A stretch of DNA of 64,000 nucleotides from the human T2T-CHM13v2.0 reference genome, Homo sapiens. Below the pieces are notes generated by a model. The model had not been told where the DNA came from. It worked only from the letters and a program-made list of their open reading frames with translations, and ran no database searches. The translations under genes and the position numbers were made by a program. Numbering within the stretch: position 1 is the first letter of the stretch; each line of letters begins with the position of its first letter. Shown here in pieces: positions 1 to 13,520 of the stretch. The DNA is taken from assembly GCF_009914755.1 (NCBI RefSeq), contig NC_060930.1; one strand, written 5' to 3'.

Positions 1-4
1 CACA

Positions 5-128
5 TGCTATATTTATTTCTTATTTCCGCTGAAACATATTACCAGAAATCTCATTACTTAAAACAACACAAATTTATTATCTTACAGTTCTGGATGTATT
101 TTTGGGGGCCGTCATTCATCCTGCAACA
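5..128 (-). mobile_element. MLT1-type (ERVL-MaLR) LTR fragment, internally deleted
   Basis: Contains cttaaaacaacacaaatttattatcttacagttctgga and ttttgggggcc...aca, typical of MLT1 ends in reverse orientation. Confidence 0.5.
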
Positions 129-134
129 CACACC

Positions 135-830
135 AAAGGATCAAAGGATAGGTGCAAGAAGCTCAGAGAATATCAAGGGGGATCAAAACAACAAAACAAA
201 AAACTTAGGTTCATATCATAGAAGCAGCTGAAACCCAAAGGCAATTAAAAAAAGGTCTTAGAAGTGACTGGGGACAGAGGGTGGTGGGAAATGACACATT
301 CCACATAGAGGATCACATGAGAATTTAAGCAGACTGCTTGTTAAAAAACTGTGCAAGCCAGGAAACAAAGGAGTGTCATCTTTAAAGTGCTGAAAGAAAA
401 AGTGTTGTCAGCACAGAAATCTACACTCAGCAAAAATATCTTTCAAGAAGTGAAAGGAGAAACAAAAAGACTTTCTCACACAAAAACTGAGAAAATTCAC
501 TGCCAGCAGATTTGCCTACAAGAAAAAAGAAAAGTTAAAGAAATTAATTAGGCAGAAGGACTATGATGTCAGGCAGTAGCTCAAATAAAGAAACAAAAAG
601 TGGAGAAATTGTAATAAATACAAGTAAAATAAATTTCTTTTTTCTTTTACTTGTTCTAGAAGATAACCGTAGAAGCAAACAATAGTAGCTTATATGTAGT
701 AGTAAAACGTATGAACAAATGTTCACAAAAAAGGGAGGAAGAAATACACGTAAGGTCCTTATACTACATATGAAGTCGTATATTATTTGAAGTAGAATCC
801 TACTAATTGAAAGTGTGCACCAACCCAGAA
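135..830 (+). mobile_element. Old L1M LINE fragment, ORF1 C-terminal region
   Basis: Degenerate ORF1 motifs: caagaagctcagagaa (QEAQR); ORF 351..551 QARKQRSVIFKVLKEK resembles L1 ORF1 EARRQWxxIFKVLKEK. Confidence 0.7.
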
Positions 831-1339
831 ATAAAATAAAGTAGGTTGGTTTTTAGGAATAGCTATTTAACTTCAACCTCTAATGAATCTCCCTCCACCT
901 CCATCACTTCACCCTGAGTATCTGTCTGGTTCTTTTCCAAGGTTTGATTCACATTTCCTCTTGGTTTATGGCACAGTGATAGGTGTGTTTGCCCAAATTT
1001 CAACTGATCATAGACTTGAAAACCAGGCAGATCCTTAAGTGAGATGTTAGGAAGCAATTTCCATTTAGTAAAATAAATGTGATACACTTACAGGAAGAGT
1101 TACAGCCTTTGAGAGAGCCAGCCCTGGGCTTTCTGGGACTCCTGTGCGTAAGGGTTTGAGAGCCAACATTCAGTGGGCTGAGGGATTGGTAAGGATTTGA
1201 GAGAAGGGAGGCTTTAGGGGGAGTTGGAGGTGGGGCAGAGAGTGAGAATGGTTGGAGACAGGCTTTAACTACTTCTGTCAAAAGTCTGGACTCTTCTGCT
1301 GCTTTCTTTGTGGCCACATACTTGGCAACCATTATAAAA

Positions 1340-1885
1340 AATAACTGAAAATAAGGTGCAATATAGTAAATAAGAATGATTGAAGGAGAATATATGTTAA
1401 AATTAGGGCAGATTGTTAGAATGAATGAAAATGGAAGTAAGATAAGATAAAACTAAGAAATAAGGATACAGTTGAATTTTTTAAATATCCTAATAAAAAT
1501 CCTAATAGAAACTAAAAATTTAACAATAATACTGACATAAACACATATTTGGAATAAAAGATGAAAAGATCAAAACCACTAACATAAACTTAATTTTTAA
1601 AAAAATGCATAAAAATAAAATAAATGGAAGGTTAAGATAAAAATCTAAAACTAGTGAAAAGTAAAAGGTATAAAAGGATCACAGAGTAAGGTTTCAAAAA
1701 GATATTAGTAACTGGAAACAGAAAAACATAGTTAAAGGAATTAATGAAAATACTTTTAAACAGAGAGCTTGACTAATAAAGAAAAGGAGACAAGAAATGT
1801 GTTACATCGGGAAATATAAAGGATATGTAACCACAGGCACAGAGATCAGATAAGTTGCGGACTACTGTGTAAAATTCCGTCCAAT
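1340..1885 (+). mobile_element. Highly decayed L1 ORF2 remnant
   Basis: A-rich sense-strand composition with L1 ORF2-like stretches (gactaataaagaaaaggaga...aaccacaggcacagagat...gactactgtgtaaaattc). Confidence 0.45.
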
Positions 1886-2224
1886 TATTAGCTATGTTGT
1901 AATCCGTATTATTAACTATTTTGACTTCTGCATGGCATGCCTTCTGCCTGGAGTATCATTTTTCCTCTTCTGCAATCTCTTTTCCTTCCCCTTATCCTCA
2001 CCAGATTTCACTTGTCTTTCATATTTGGGCTTAAATGCTACTTCCTCCTTGTTTTAAATGTTGGTTCCCCACAAGCATCTGAGTTTGCAAATCCCAGATG
2101 TGACATTCCTGGTGGTGTTATTGGATAATATTAGAAATCCAAATCTCTCAAATATGTTAATCATTAGCTCACAGCATGACACATGAACTGCATATATTCC
2201 TTACATGAGTGTTACTATTGGAGA

Positions 2225-2450
2225 GAGTGGTAGCTATTTGCACTGGCCCTGTAGTCTAACAACCTTAGTTTGAGTTCCAACTCTACCATTTACTAACTGT
2301 CTTGGCACTAAGGTGTTTCCAATTTTATAAATGGGGATCAAATTAATACCTAACTCATTAGGTGGTTGTAGGGATAAAATAAAATGATACATTTAAAACA
2401 CCTAGCCCAGTCCTTGAAACAGAGTGAATCTTCAATAGATTAGAGTTATT
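2225..2450 (+). mobile_element. MIR SINE
   Basis: ctctaccatttactaactgt...ataaatggggat...acctaactcattaggtggttgtagggataaaataaaatg matches the MIR core. Confidence 0.6.
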
Positions 2451-3384
2451 CTAGGGAGTCTTGAATTATTTTAGGGTTTGGGGAGTGGCCGTAGTTTTAA
2501 ACTTCTAAGAGGATGCATCATGTTCAAATATTTCTTTTTGATCTGATTTACAAAAGATATAAAATGGGAGTTCTCTTTCACTATGCCTGCCTATTTGCAC
2601 CATTCACTGAGGTATCATGATGTAATCCTGGCAAACTACCCGGATTTGCCAAAATGAATGATTCTGAGAGCTTGGTCACATGGTCCTATTGAACTATAAG
2701 TTAGCACAAAGCCACCTAAAGTCTCAGAGTATTTTTCCTGGTGTCTACAATGCTTCAACTCAATGCTACCTGTTCTGAGTATATTTGGATCAAGTCTGTG
2801 TATGGACCACCCTGACCTGAGAGAGTTCTGGGTAGCAGTCTTAGAGAGTGGAACACTTATATGGTTGCCCTAGTTGGTTTTCACCCTTTTTCATACAGTG
2901 AAGCAATCATTGACATGCCGAAGGTTTTCTGACACTTGGCTCAATTATTTGATGAAATGTTCACAACATTGGAGCAATACTCTGCAAAATCTGCTTATTT
3001 TACAGACTTAAAATGCATATTCTTCACCATTCAGGGCTGGTAGAAAACTGCAAGTTTCTTAGGCCCTTGAATCTGAACTCTGCTGTTGCATCTAAAGAGG
3101 TCTCTTATGGAACTAAGGAGTCTTTAGATGTAACGGTTGTATTTCCAAAAATCAGGAGACAACCTAACTGTAATTTTGCAATATAAAGACCCAGATTCCT
3201 CTTCTGTTTTGCCACTGATTAAACACGTCATTTTTATTTCTCAGTAAAATGTACTCCACATGTCAGAAAATGAGGAGAGGTTAGATAACCCCATTAAAAT
3301 CTTTAGGTTTATCATCTCTTTTACTGAGAAGGTGATCTCTCCTGGGCCCCATTACAAATATTTTACGAACACTTGATTTAGATA

Positions 3385-3560
3385 ATAATAACTACTGCTA
3401 TCATTTAATCATACGAATGTATACCCATTTCGCATGTGAGAAAACTGAGTTTTAGAAAGATAAAACAATTTTTCCAAGGTCATATAGCTAGTAAGTGGCA
3501 GAGACAGGGTACCAATAAACATAAGGCTAACTCCAGATCAGCTTTTCTTAAATACCACGT
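3385..3560 (-). mobile_element. MIR SINE
   Basis: cccatttcgcatgtgagaaaactgag...ccaaggtcatatagctagtaagtggcagag is the reverse MIR core. Confidence 0.65.
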
Positions 3561-4012
3561 TCATGGCTGCTTATGCAATCTGTATAAATTTGGATTCCAG
3601 GCATATTTTGCTACTGAAGAACTTTGCTACTCAACTTGACTTTTTAGGTTATCTCTTCCTTGGTGACAAGATATAAATTATGGTATATACAATCAAATGT
3701 GCAGTACCTATTACACAACTGTATATAATTTTTGAGGAGAACATTTATCAACTTTCAGACCAATGTGGCTATATTAGTCCTGGTAACTTAAGTATGACAC
3801 AATTATTGGCAGTGGTCTTTCGGAGAGGATTTGAAAAAAGTTCCTGTGCCTTGTCAAAAAACATATTGGTGGAACAAGATCTGAAAAAGCTTGTCATTAA
3901 AGTTTCAAGTTAGTTGCAAGGCTAGAAAGAAAACCACTGGAATTCATAAAGTAACAGAGCAGTTGTGTTACGATATTAATGTGTCCCACTCTGACCCTGG
4001 GTTTAAGAAGCA

Positions 4013-4331
<319 letters not shown>

Positions 4332-4804
4332 TTATATTGAAGACAACCAAGGCCAGACACCAGTTACCAGCTGGGCAGCACAAATGAGAGAATGATGTTG
4401 TTAAAAAGGCACTTGGAAAAGTGAATTTGAATTTGAGAGTTGGTTACAATTCCAACATCAGCTATAGTGAGAAAAACTGATTTGGTCTGAGCATAATTAA
4501 ACTTCAAACAAATCAGGCTTTGAGTTGTCCTTCCATATTGGGGTGGCAATAACTGGGCATGTGGGTTCATGATTGTGGTTCAAACAGCAAGCAATCATTG
4601 GAGGTCCAGAAGGAACTTGGATCCAGGCATGAGGCTTAAGGACAGAAAATCAGTCAGGGGACTGAGGTCTCATGGGGCCGGAAGGACTGCTGGACATAGT
4701 GGAAACTGAGCTACCAAAAAAGAAGGAACTGGACATGAAACTCGTAACTATGAATCTGGGATATGGGACAAGAGTCTATCACTAGGGGATAATAATTGCA
4801 TTAA

Positions 4805-5030
4805 CAATAATAATAAAGCAGCGAAGTTTATATAAGCACTTGGTATCTACTGTGCATTATGCACAGTGAACTGTGCTTAGTATGTAGATAATCTCATTTA
4901 ATCTTCACAGCCAACCTATGGGGATATACTGTCACTATTTCAATTTCATACATTGGGGAACTGAAGCTTGGAGAGGGTTTAAAATAGATTGATGACTATT
5001 TACCTGCAGTCCTGGAGCTGGGGGTGAAGC
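4805..5030 (-). mobile_element. MIR SINE
   Basis: atctcatttaatcttcacagccaacctatgggg...ggggaactgaagcttggagagg, reverse MIR. Confidence 0.6.
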
Positions 5031-5488
5031 CCCAGCTGGCTCCACCTGGTGCAGGCTGAAGTGGGGGCTGTGCAGAACCAGTGTGTTTCTGACTCAGGGC
5101 TCAGGTCTGGTGCTGGTCTCTCATACAGGATAGGGAGATGCTCCCAATTCTGAGTTTGGAATGAGTGTATGGGTTAGGAGGATTGGCTGAGGGGAACTCA
5201 GAGACTCAGCAACCCTGCCCTCTTGTGAATATGAAGGTTTCTATCCTGTGTCAGACCTACCTCACAGCTCCTTTAGTAAAAAAAAAAAAACAAAAACAAA
5301 AGCAGCACACCCCTTAATATACACATATAGATTTGATTAAAACATGGTGTACTTGAATTTGTTTTTGGGCCCAAGGGTAGATACACAGAATCTTAAATTT
5401 TTAGATGCTATTTAATATCTTTTAAGTTTTCTTATCATTGATAGCCACTTATATTTATAATATTTATTTTTAATCAAAACATTTCTGT

Positions 5489-5807
<319 letters not shown>

Positions 5808-5933
5808 TCTGTGACATAGTGGATAGGCCTAACGACGTTGTTTTAGAAAGAGAAGTTTAGCCATAGGGAAGTACAATGCCTTAAACATGCCTGGATCCCT
5901 GAGCTATAAACTGTAACATTAAATTCAAGATAA

Positions 5934-6262
<329 letters not shown>

Positions 6263-7304
6263 GCATATTTATTTTTAATACCTTCTTCCCAACGTCATTT
6301 TAAAAGTTTAAAAGTGTATTGTTTCTAAATCTTCATTATCTAGAGAAAAATATTTTTCTCTTTCTCTGTTTCTTTCTTTAAAAAATTCCTTCTAGAATAA
6401 TTCATATTCAAAACAGTGACGTGTTTGACATCTGATTTTGTTTGGAGAGCATTTGCTTTCTAGAGTACGATGTTCTGAAATGTATACACTTAATTATTTA
6501 AATAATTAGTTACAAATATGAAACATGGTCAAGTTACCTAGGTAATAAGACAGGGGAAAAATCCAATCAATATAAGCTTCAAGTGTTAAATGGCTATTTC
6601 ATATAACCTTTGTTACAATCACTGCCATTATATCACCAGCACTTCTTTATAACACCTTAAAAAACTTGCCTGTTTCCAAGAATGGCATTATAAATATGTT
6701 TCTTTATTCTACTCTCATTATAACAAGAGGAGGTCAATGGTCTAAAGGGTGGTTTCCTATTATGAGAGGGATAAAAACTAAAATCAATAAATCTTCAGAT
6801 CATAAATGTTGCTACAGTCTGGCAAGGTTGAGAAAATTATGAGCCGAGCCCCATGATGTCTGGATATTGCAGCTTGTAAATTTCTACATACATATGTATA
6901 TGGTTATGTATATACTTACTGCTGGGTCCTTCCTAGAATTTGCTCACAAATGGTAGAGTTTTGTTCAGTATTGGTAGAATATACCCAGCATACAAAAATA
7001 AAGATGTGACACTAATTTATTTAGAAACATGTTTCTAAGATTATAAAGTCACATTTTTCTCAATTGGCTTCATTACTTTGATCAGAAAACTCAAACAGGA
7101 AATTATTTGCTTCCATTGTTCAATAAATTATAAATATTGAGATTAATTGGCAAAACTCTTACCTCTGTTACAAATGTTCACACTGAGTAGTGATAATTCT
7201 AATAGGCGCACCAAAATAAGAGAGATAATCAGAAACATAAGAAATTGGCTCAGTTAAAGACAATATATAATGAATAATTATGCAGTCCAGCATGAACTTT
7301 TAGG

Positions 7305-7535
7305 CATGTTGTCTAGCAATTAAGGACAAGGACGCCAAAGCCAGATTATCCATGTTCGGTTCTTGCCTCTGCCACTTAAGAGCTATGTGACTTTGGGCAA
7401 TATTCCTAACCTCTTTGTGCCTCATTTTCTTCATCTATAAACTGAGGATAAATAAAAGTTCCTACTCAGAGCAAGCTGTTGTGAGAATTAAGTGTGTAAA
7501 TATATACGAAGAGCTTCTATACATAGTAAGCATTA
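7305..7535 (+). mobile_element. MIR SINE
   Basis: ctctgccacttaagagctatgtgactttgggcaa...cctctttgtgcctcattttcttcatctataaa, close to MIR consensus. Confidence 0.8.
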
Positions 7536-10500
7536 CTGTGCAGGTGCAAACACTTCCATATACCTTAAATATAACACTTTCTTATTTGATGGTGTGTGAA
7601 CTGATATTCAAATGCTAATTTTAATTTCTAACAAACAGGTTGAACGTGGTCACAATTTTTTTTTGCTTAAACAGGCAGGTAAATGAATACATTAAGCAGT
7701 TAAGGGGACAAACTCTTCTTTCTAGACACAAATCATGCCACATAAGTTCTGAGCATGTAAGGCTTTTATGTAAATATAAAAAAACACATTGGAAACACCT
7801 TCTATAATTTGCTTGGATTATTATGCATGTGCCAAATTATACCTACCAATAATAAAACATGGGAAATAGTACAGAGATCCTTCATAACACCCTCAATAAA
7901 ATTTGTTGAGGACATTTTGCATATTGTGGGAAATATAGGGTGGCTTCTTTGGTTTGGAAATGACCGAAGACAATTATCAATATCCCCACTTCATACCCCA
8001 TCTTCTAGTTTAACCCCACCTACCCTGATTTCCGTCAGACCATACTGTTGTATGTAACTGACTTGCCATCTTAAAGGCTTGCAGGGGCTGCTCAGATGTT
8101 GCAATTCTTATTAAATCGGTTTTAGAAGGTGGAAGAAGGGAGTGGAGGCTAAAACAGGAGCGTAGCAACCAGAAATAGCCATCCTGTCACCAGGGATTTG
8201 TTACCATTATCCACTAAATGATTAGCCCCATAATTTACAGGCATCACTATTTGCAAAGTGTCCTTCCTCCTGAGACACCAAAAGTAATCAATTTTGAAAA
8301 AATTGCTGAAAATATAGGCACTCATCTCCTTACAACTCAAATATACCTTTTATGATCATGAGAGAGTCCAAAAAATTTGAGAATTCATAGGAATCTTCAA
8401 CATGTTCATTTTAATGAACTTTTACTATTGCGATGTTATTACAACTCTCTCACAAATATATTAAGACCACTACCTCCTATATCCTTATCCTCATGTCTAG
8501 TCACTGTGTTCCAAAATGCGTGGAAGAAAGCTCAGAATTTATTTTTTATAAGTCTGGACTGTGGTCACTAAAATACAGCAGCCAGCCAGAACCAAGGCCA
8601 AAGCAGAATTGAGTATGCTACATTGAGGCATGATTTGCTAGAATATGCCCATTCTATGTAAGTAGCCAGCAACAGGTAGTTACAGTGAAATCCAGTATCA
8701 GAAGGTAGGCAAATGGTCCAGAAATTGAACATGCAGGTCTTTGGTGTTTGGAGACAGAAGAGGAGCCTAATGTAAGGGCAATTCAAGCACTAGATGGAAA
8801 AGTCAAGAAGTGAATCAAAATTAGATAATAGCCAAAGTACAAACAGAAGTTAGAGGTCAAAGCAATACAGCAAGTCTTTCTCTTTCGACCAGCCAAATAT
8901 CTCATTTCAATGGCTGACAGATACATTTCTGTACTTTGCTTCTATCCCCAATTTGCTCCCCCTTTTTTGGTGTGAAAAATAAGTCTTCTATGAGACAATG
9001 TAGTTGGCAAGTGGGAGTGGGCAGACATCCCATGGGAACTTTTCAGAAGATTATCCATTTTCATAAATTATTCTCAAATTGCTCTATTCATTTTAAGGAG
9101 CGAAGAGTCACTTGGGAATGTATTTGATCATCAAAAAAAAATTCTGGTGCTTTGTGTTAAGAATACATAAAAGTTAATGGAAAATTTATTAAGGCTGACA
9201 GTCCACTATGAAATTCAGTGTGCTGCAAGCCAAGCTGCAAAATTCTCTTTAACAGGAAAGAGAAATGGGACAATGGAGCTAACCTATCATATCACTTCTC
9301 AATGGCAGCTCTCATGGGAGAGGCTTTGTCAAAACCTGTTTGTCATTGTTCTGCGTTCTTTGATGATTTTCTTTCTTAGCTTTGGGCTCCAGGAACATAT
9401 TCAAGATGGAACTTAACTCTACTACATAACATCTGCTAAGGGGTTTCAAAACCACAAAGCAAGCACGTTTAATGATTCAAAGTTCACAGCTTTATCAACA
9501 GCAACAACTGTTCACAATCAGAGTCAACATGCCATCACCACATGTTATTGACGTGATTGTAAATGGTGCTGATGATTACCACATTCACATGGTACCTTTC
9601 CCAATGATCTGTTTTCAAACACTAATTAATGAATCCTCTCTGGACCTGTGTGAAGAAATACTATAGCACTTTAGTTGGTTGGTTTTACAGGCAGGCGTGT
9701 TAAATGACTCTGCTAACTTTCTCCACTCACCACCCTTGTTATCTTTCAACTCTCTCCATCGCCCCTACCTCATGTGCTTCCTGAGGCTAGAGTATTTAAT
9801 GTTGAGAGGAAAAAGCACAGGCAATATGACATTTCAGATGTAGCATTTCTGACGTGTATATTCACAGGGTAATGAGATGCTCTGTGCAAAGATTTGTCAA
9901 GCAAACTTGGAGATAATGCATCTTATATCCTCCTTGGAGATTCCTAACTAACATTACCAAATTAAAGGCACTGAGTATTCCTGTAACATCGGTCTCCTTT
10001 TATGTGATGTGTTTCACCTGAAGTTGGGACTTCAGGAAAAGTTTAAAGTGAGTAAAAGATGTAGAAGTGGGAAGGGATATGGAAGAGTGAATAGATGATG
10101 GTTGTGTTTGAAATGTTTAGCAAACACAAGGGAAATGCAAAGTCATAAGAAATCCACCTGTGTTCTCAAATACTTAAAGCAAATTAGTAGTTCCTTATAA
10201 AATATGAAAGCCTTGCACAGGAAAAATATTTGAAGTTTTCTTTGACTCTTATAACTAATTAGCTGAATGGCATTAACTAAGCCATTTCATCTCTTTGGAT
10301 CTCTTTTCCTCATCTGTAAATAAGATTTTATTCTTATTTATATAAGGTTTATTTAAAAAAGTTACTGAAAGCATCTTAAGTATTTTGTCATGGTTTAGTA
10401 TGATCTTTAGTCTCATATGGAAGCAAGTAATGTTCTCATGGTTAAAAACTTTTTATAATGTTAAATAATTTTTAAAAGGCACCTTGGAAGAGCACGGTTT

Positions 10501-10751
10501 TGGTATTTCCCCTGGTGACTTTATCACAGTCCAGACTGTAGTCCTGAAGTTTGCAGCCCTCGGATGTTGCTCGTGGCCTATTTTTCAGGAGCATACTCAA
10601 ATTCACAAAACTTATAGAACTAGATGTATAAGTAACTAACTTATTATTTTACCACCGATCTGTCAGCACTGACAGCAGCTTTGTTAATGAATTATCTCCT
10701 GGTAGCATCTGGCAGGGAAGTCATATCATCATTAGAAGAGGTCTTGGGGTC

Positions 10752-11083
10752 TGTGGAATCAGATAACATAGAGTTTATTTTGTAACTCAGAGGTTAGTAC
10801 CAAGGGACCCTGGTTAGCCCTAAAAGGTAAACTTAGTTTTGAGGTTGACTAAGTCACATTCTAGAGCCAGAAGCAGCCCCTCCCGCCCGGACATGCACCT
10901 AAGTCATCCCTTCTGAGGCGTCCATGGCTGTCCCATCTCTTTGTGGATCTTCGTTTTTTTTCCTTAGTGCATATAAATCCCCATACTGAAGTCTCATTCT
11001 TGCTCTGGTCTTGGAGACAATCTATCTTGCTTAAAGTCTTTGAAAAAAATCTCTAAGCTCTTCCATTAATTTTTGGTTTTACA
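10752..11083 (+). mobile_element. Probable solo LTR (ERVL-like; family not identified)
   Basis: TG...CA termini (tgtgg / ttttaca), internal TATA-like catataaat near 10970, imperfect 5-bp flanks gggtc/gtttc. Confidence 0.4.
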
Positions 11084-13209
11084 GTTTCACTTTCAGAAGG
11101 CAGCTCCCCTACCCTTCTTTATAGCCAAAATCTTTGTGGGAGAGGGGCTTTATTGTTACCCTCATGTATCATCTATACAGAAGTTTATATTTGCTCTTTT
11201 CAGGAGGAAAATAATTGAAGGACTTCTATGAACCCCAGTCAAATTCTTTACCTGTCTCCTGCTTAAATGTGACAATGTATGTAAAGGGCTTTGCTTCAAG
11301 CCTGGCACACTGAGTTTAATAAATGTTAGATGGAAAAAGAAAACAAAAACAAAATACAAATAAGCCTATTTATTTTTATGTTGAAGCAGGGGTTCAAAGG
11401 TTAAAGGAATAAATTCTTTGCCCAGCTCTGTTAAACATTATCAAACAGAACAGAAGCAAATAAGACATTTTCTGCTAATCCGTTATATTACCATTAAACC
11501 TACTCTAATGAATTACTCTAAGGAATAAATGAAATAATGCACTATATATTGAAAAGTGTTTTTTCAAGTATATTATGGTTATCAAATTAGCTATAGTTTG
11601 TTTCAGATTTTGCTACTCAAAAAATGTAAATATTATGCAAGAACTTCTAAACTATAGATAGTACTGGAAGATTTGCAAATGGTATGAAAAATCAATTTTT
11701 ATGACACCAGTCCAATGTTGAACCTTCAAGACCATTATAACCCAATGTACAATTAGTTGGAATATAAAATCAATGCTATGACCTGAGTTGGTCTTTCTGG
11801 TAAACTCTTAACAATAGGGCGAAAACAAGTGAACTCTGTTGTCTGTGGGCGGCCTTGTTATGAGACCATGATGAATGTGGCTGTTAAACATTTAGGCAAA
11901 AAAGATTTGCAGCTTTCAGTGCCACAGGGAGCAGCTTTCTCTGTGTCCTTACCCAGTGAAGTGATACAAAGCAAACTTGGCTGCTGAATAATTTCATGTA
12001 ATTGTACCCTGGAGAGCTGAAATATACAGGAAGGAGGTCTTTTGTGTACAAGTACCCATTTTAAAAACTACAGTGGAAAATCAATACATCGGTTGGTGGA
12101 CGCTTACCTGCAATTATCTTTAGTTGAAATTTCCAAATGTTGAACATAATGAAAAATCCCTGGATAGAAAAATGTCCCTGGTTAGCTTCAGTAGCTACTC
12201 GTTACTTTCTAAATGTTCTTACCAGGCAAACTGAGAAAAAAGAAACCCCTTTTATGAAAATATTACCTGCAAAGCACAGGGGCAGGTTGGCTGGTCTGTT
12301 GGAGGCAGTAATTCCTCCAAAGAGCCTTGTGGTTTTGTGTGTGGGGGTAGGGGTGGAATTTCACTCTATCACCTGTCTAAACCCTTCATAGGCATGGACT
12401 TGATTTGGGGGAACCCCTTGTGTCAATCTCCTAAACTGGAATTAATTGGTGAGGGAGACAGTTTCAGGTGAACAATTAGGATTTTCTTTCTCAAGAGAGG
12501 TGTTAAATATTTTACACCACACATTACTCATATATCATGCTTTACAACCCCTCATTAGCCCACACAATAGACCAGGGGAGAGCTCCAAGGTATTACCCTC
12601 CTGTGATAGTTGAGGGGAAACTAAAAAGGAAAGAAGTTGTCCTTGGCCACACTCTGTGTCAGATATAGAAGCAGAACTAACTAGTTGTTCTACTCATGAA
12701 CTGAGAGTAAAGGCATTAGACAACTAAATAAGTACTTAAATGCTCACTGAGAGCTAGTTTTGCAGTTCCTTCTCTCTTCCAACTCCTTCCCTAAATGCAT
12801 TGTTGGAGCCTCTCCCAGTCATTGCATACTTAGTCACTCTGTGAAATTCTAGGGAATGCCTCATCTCACTGCCATATTTGGCACTGTTTCCCAAGTGGGA
12901 TGCCACGGCTCTTTGCTTACCCTCATTTTTGTTGTTTTGGTTCTATCTTTGGGGGACAGAGGGAATCACCTCATATTTTATCCTCTCTGCCCCCTTTTTG
13001 CTACATTGCCTCATCATTTATTAGTATATTCCTTCTTAGTTATTATGGCCAGCAATCTTCTGCTTCCCTGACATCACTTCTCAGAACTCTTCAGTGGTTT
13101 TGAAGGAACAACTCCCGTGTCATTCTCTTTTGCATCCATTTCTCTCACCCTCTTATCATTGCCATCTGAGAAGTTGATCTTAGAGTAGGTACTTCAAATT
13201 AATTATCAA

Positions 13210-13520
13210 AAAATAATTGAGAAGCAAGTTAAATGTACAACAATTAGAGAATGGCTACATCTTATATGCCTCAACTCAGTGGAATATTCTAAGTGATAAT
13301 AAAGTTTGCAGAGAATTATGAAAAAGTAATTTTAGTAACGTGTTAAGTGAAAAAACACATATGCAAAGTGTTGTGTTTATTAGGTTCCAATTAATTCATA
13401 TGCCTATGGACAAAGCCTGAAATGGAATACGTCAAACAAAAATATAGATCATTTAGGTGGTGAGATTATTAGAACTTCTAAAAGTAAGAATTTCTGTACA
13501 GTTATCACATTCTTTTTATA
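13210..13520 (+). mobile_element. L1ME 3' end fragment
   Basis: aaatgtacaacaattagagaatggcta...gtggaatatt...tgttaagtgaaaaaa...ggtggtgagattat match the old L1ME 3'UTR. Confidence 0.55.

Noticed and set aside
4340-4790. Possible ancient Gypsy/ERVL-type LTR remnants (also ~8540-8860 and ~42060-42700)
   Set aside because: Composition is suggestive, but I cannot match them to a consensus with enough confidence to annotate
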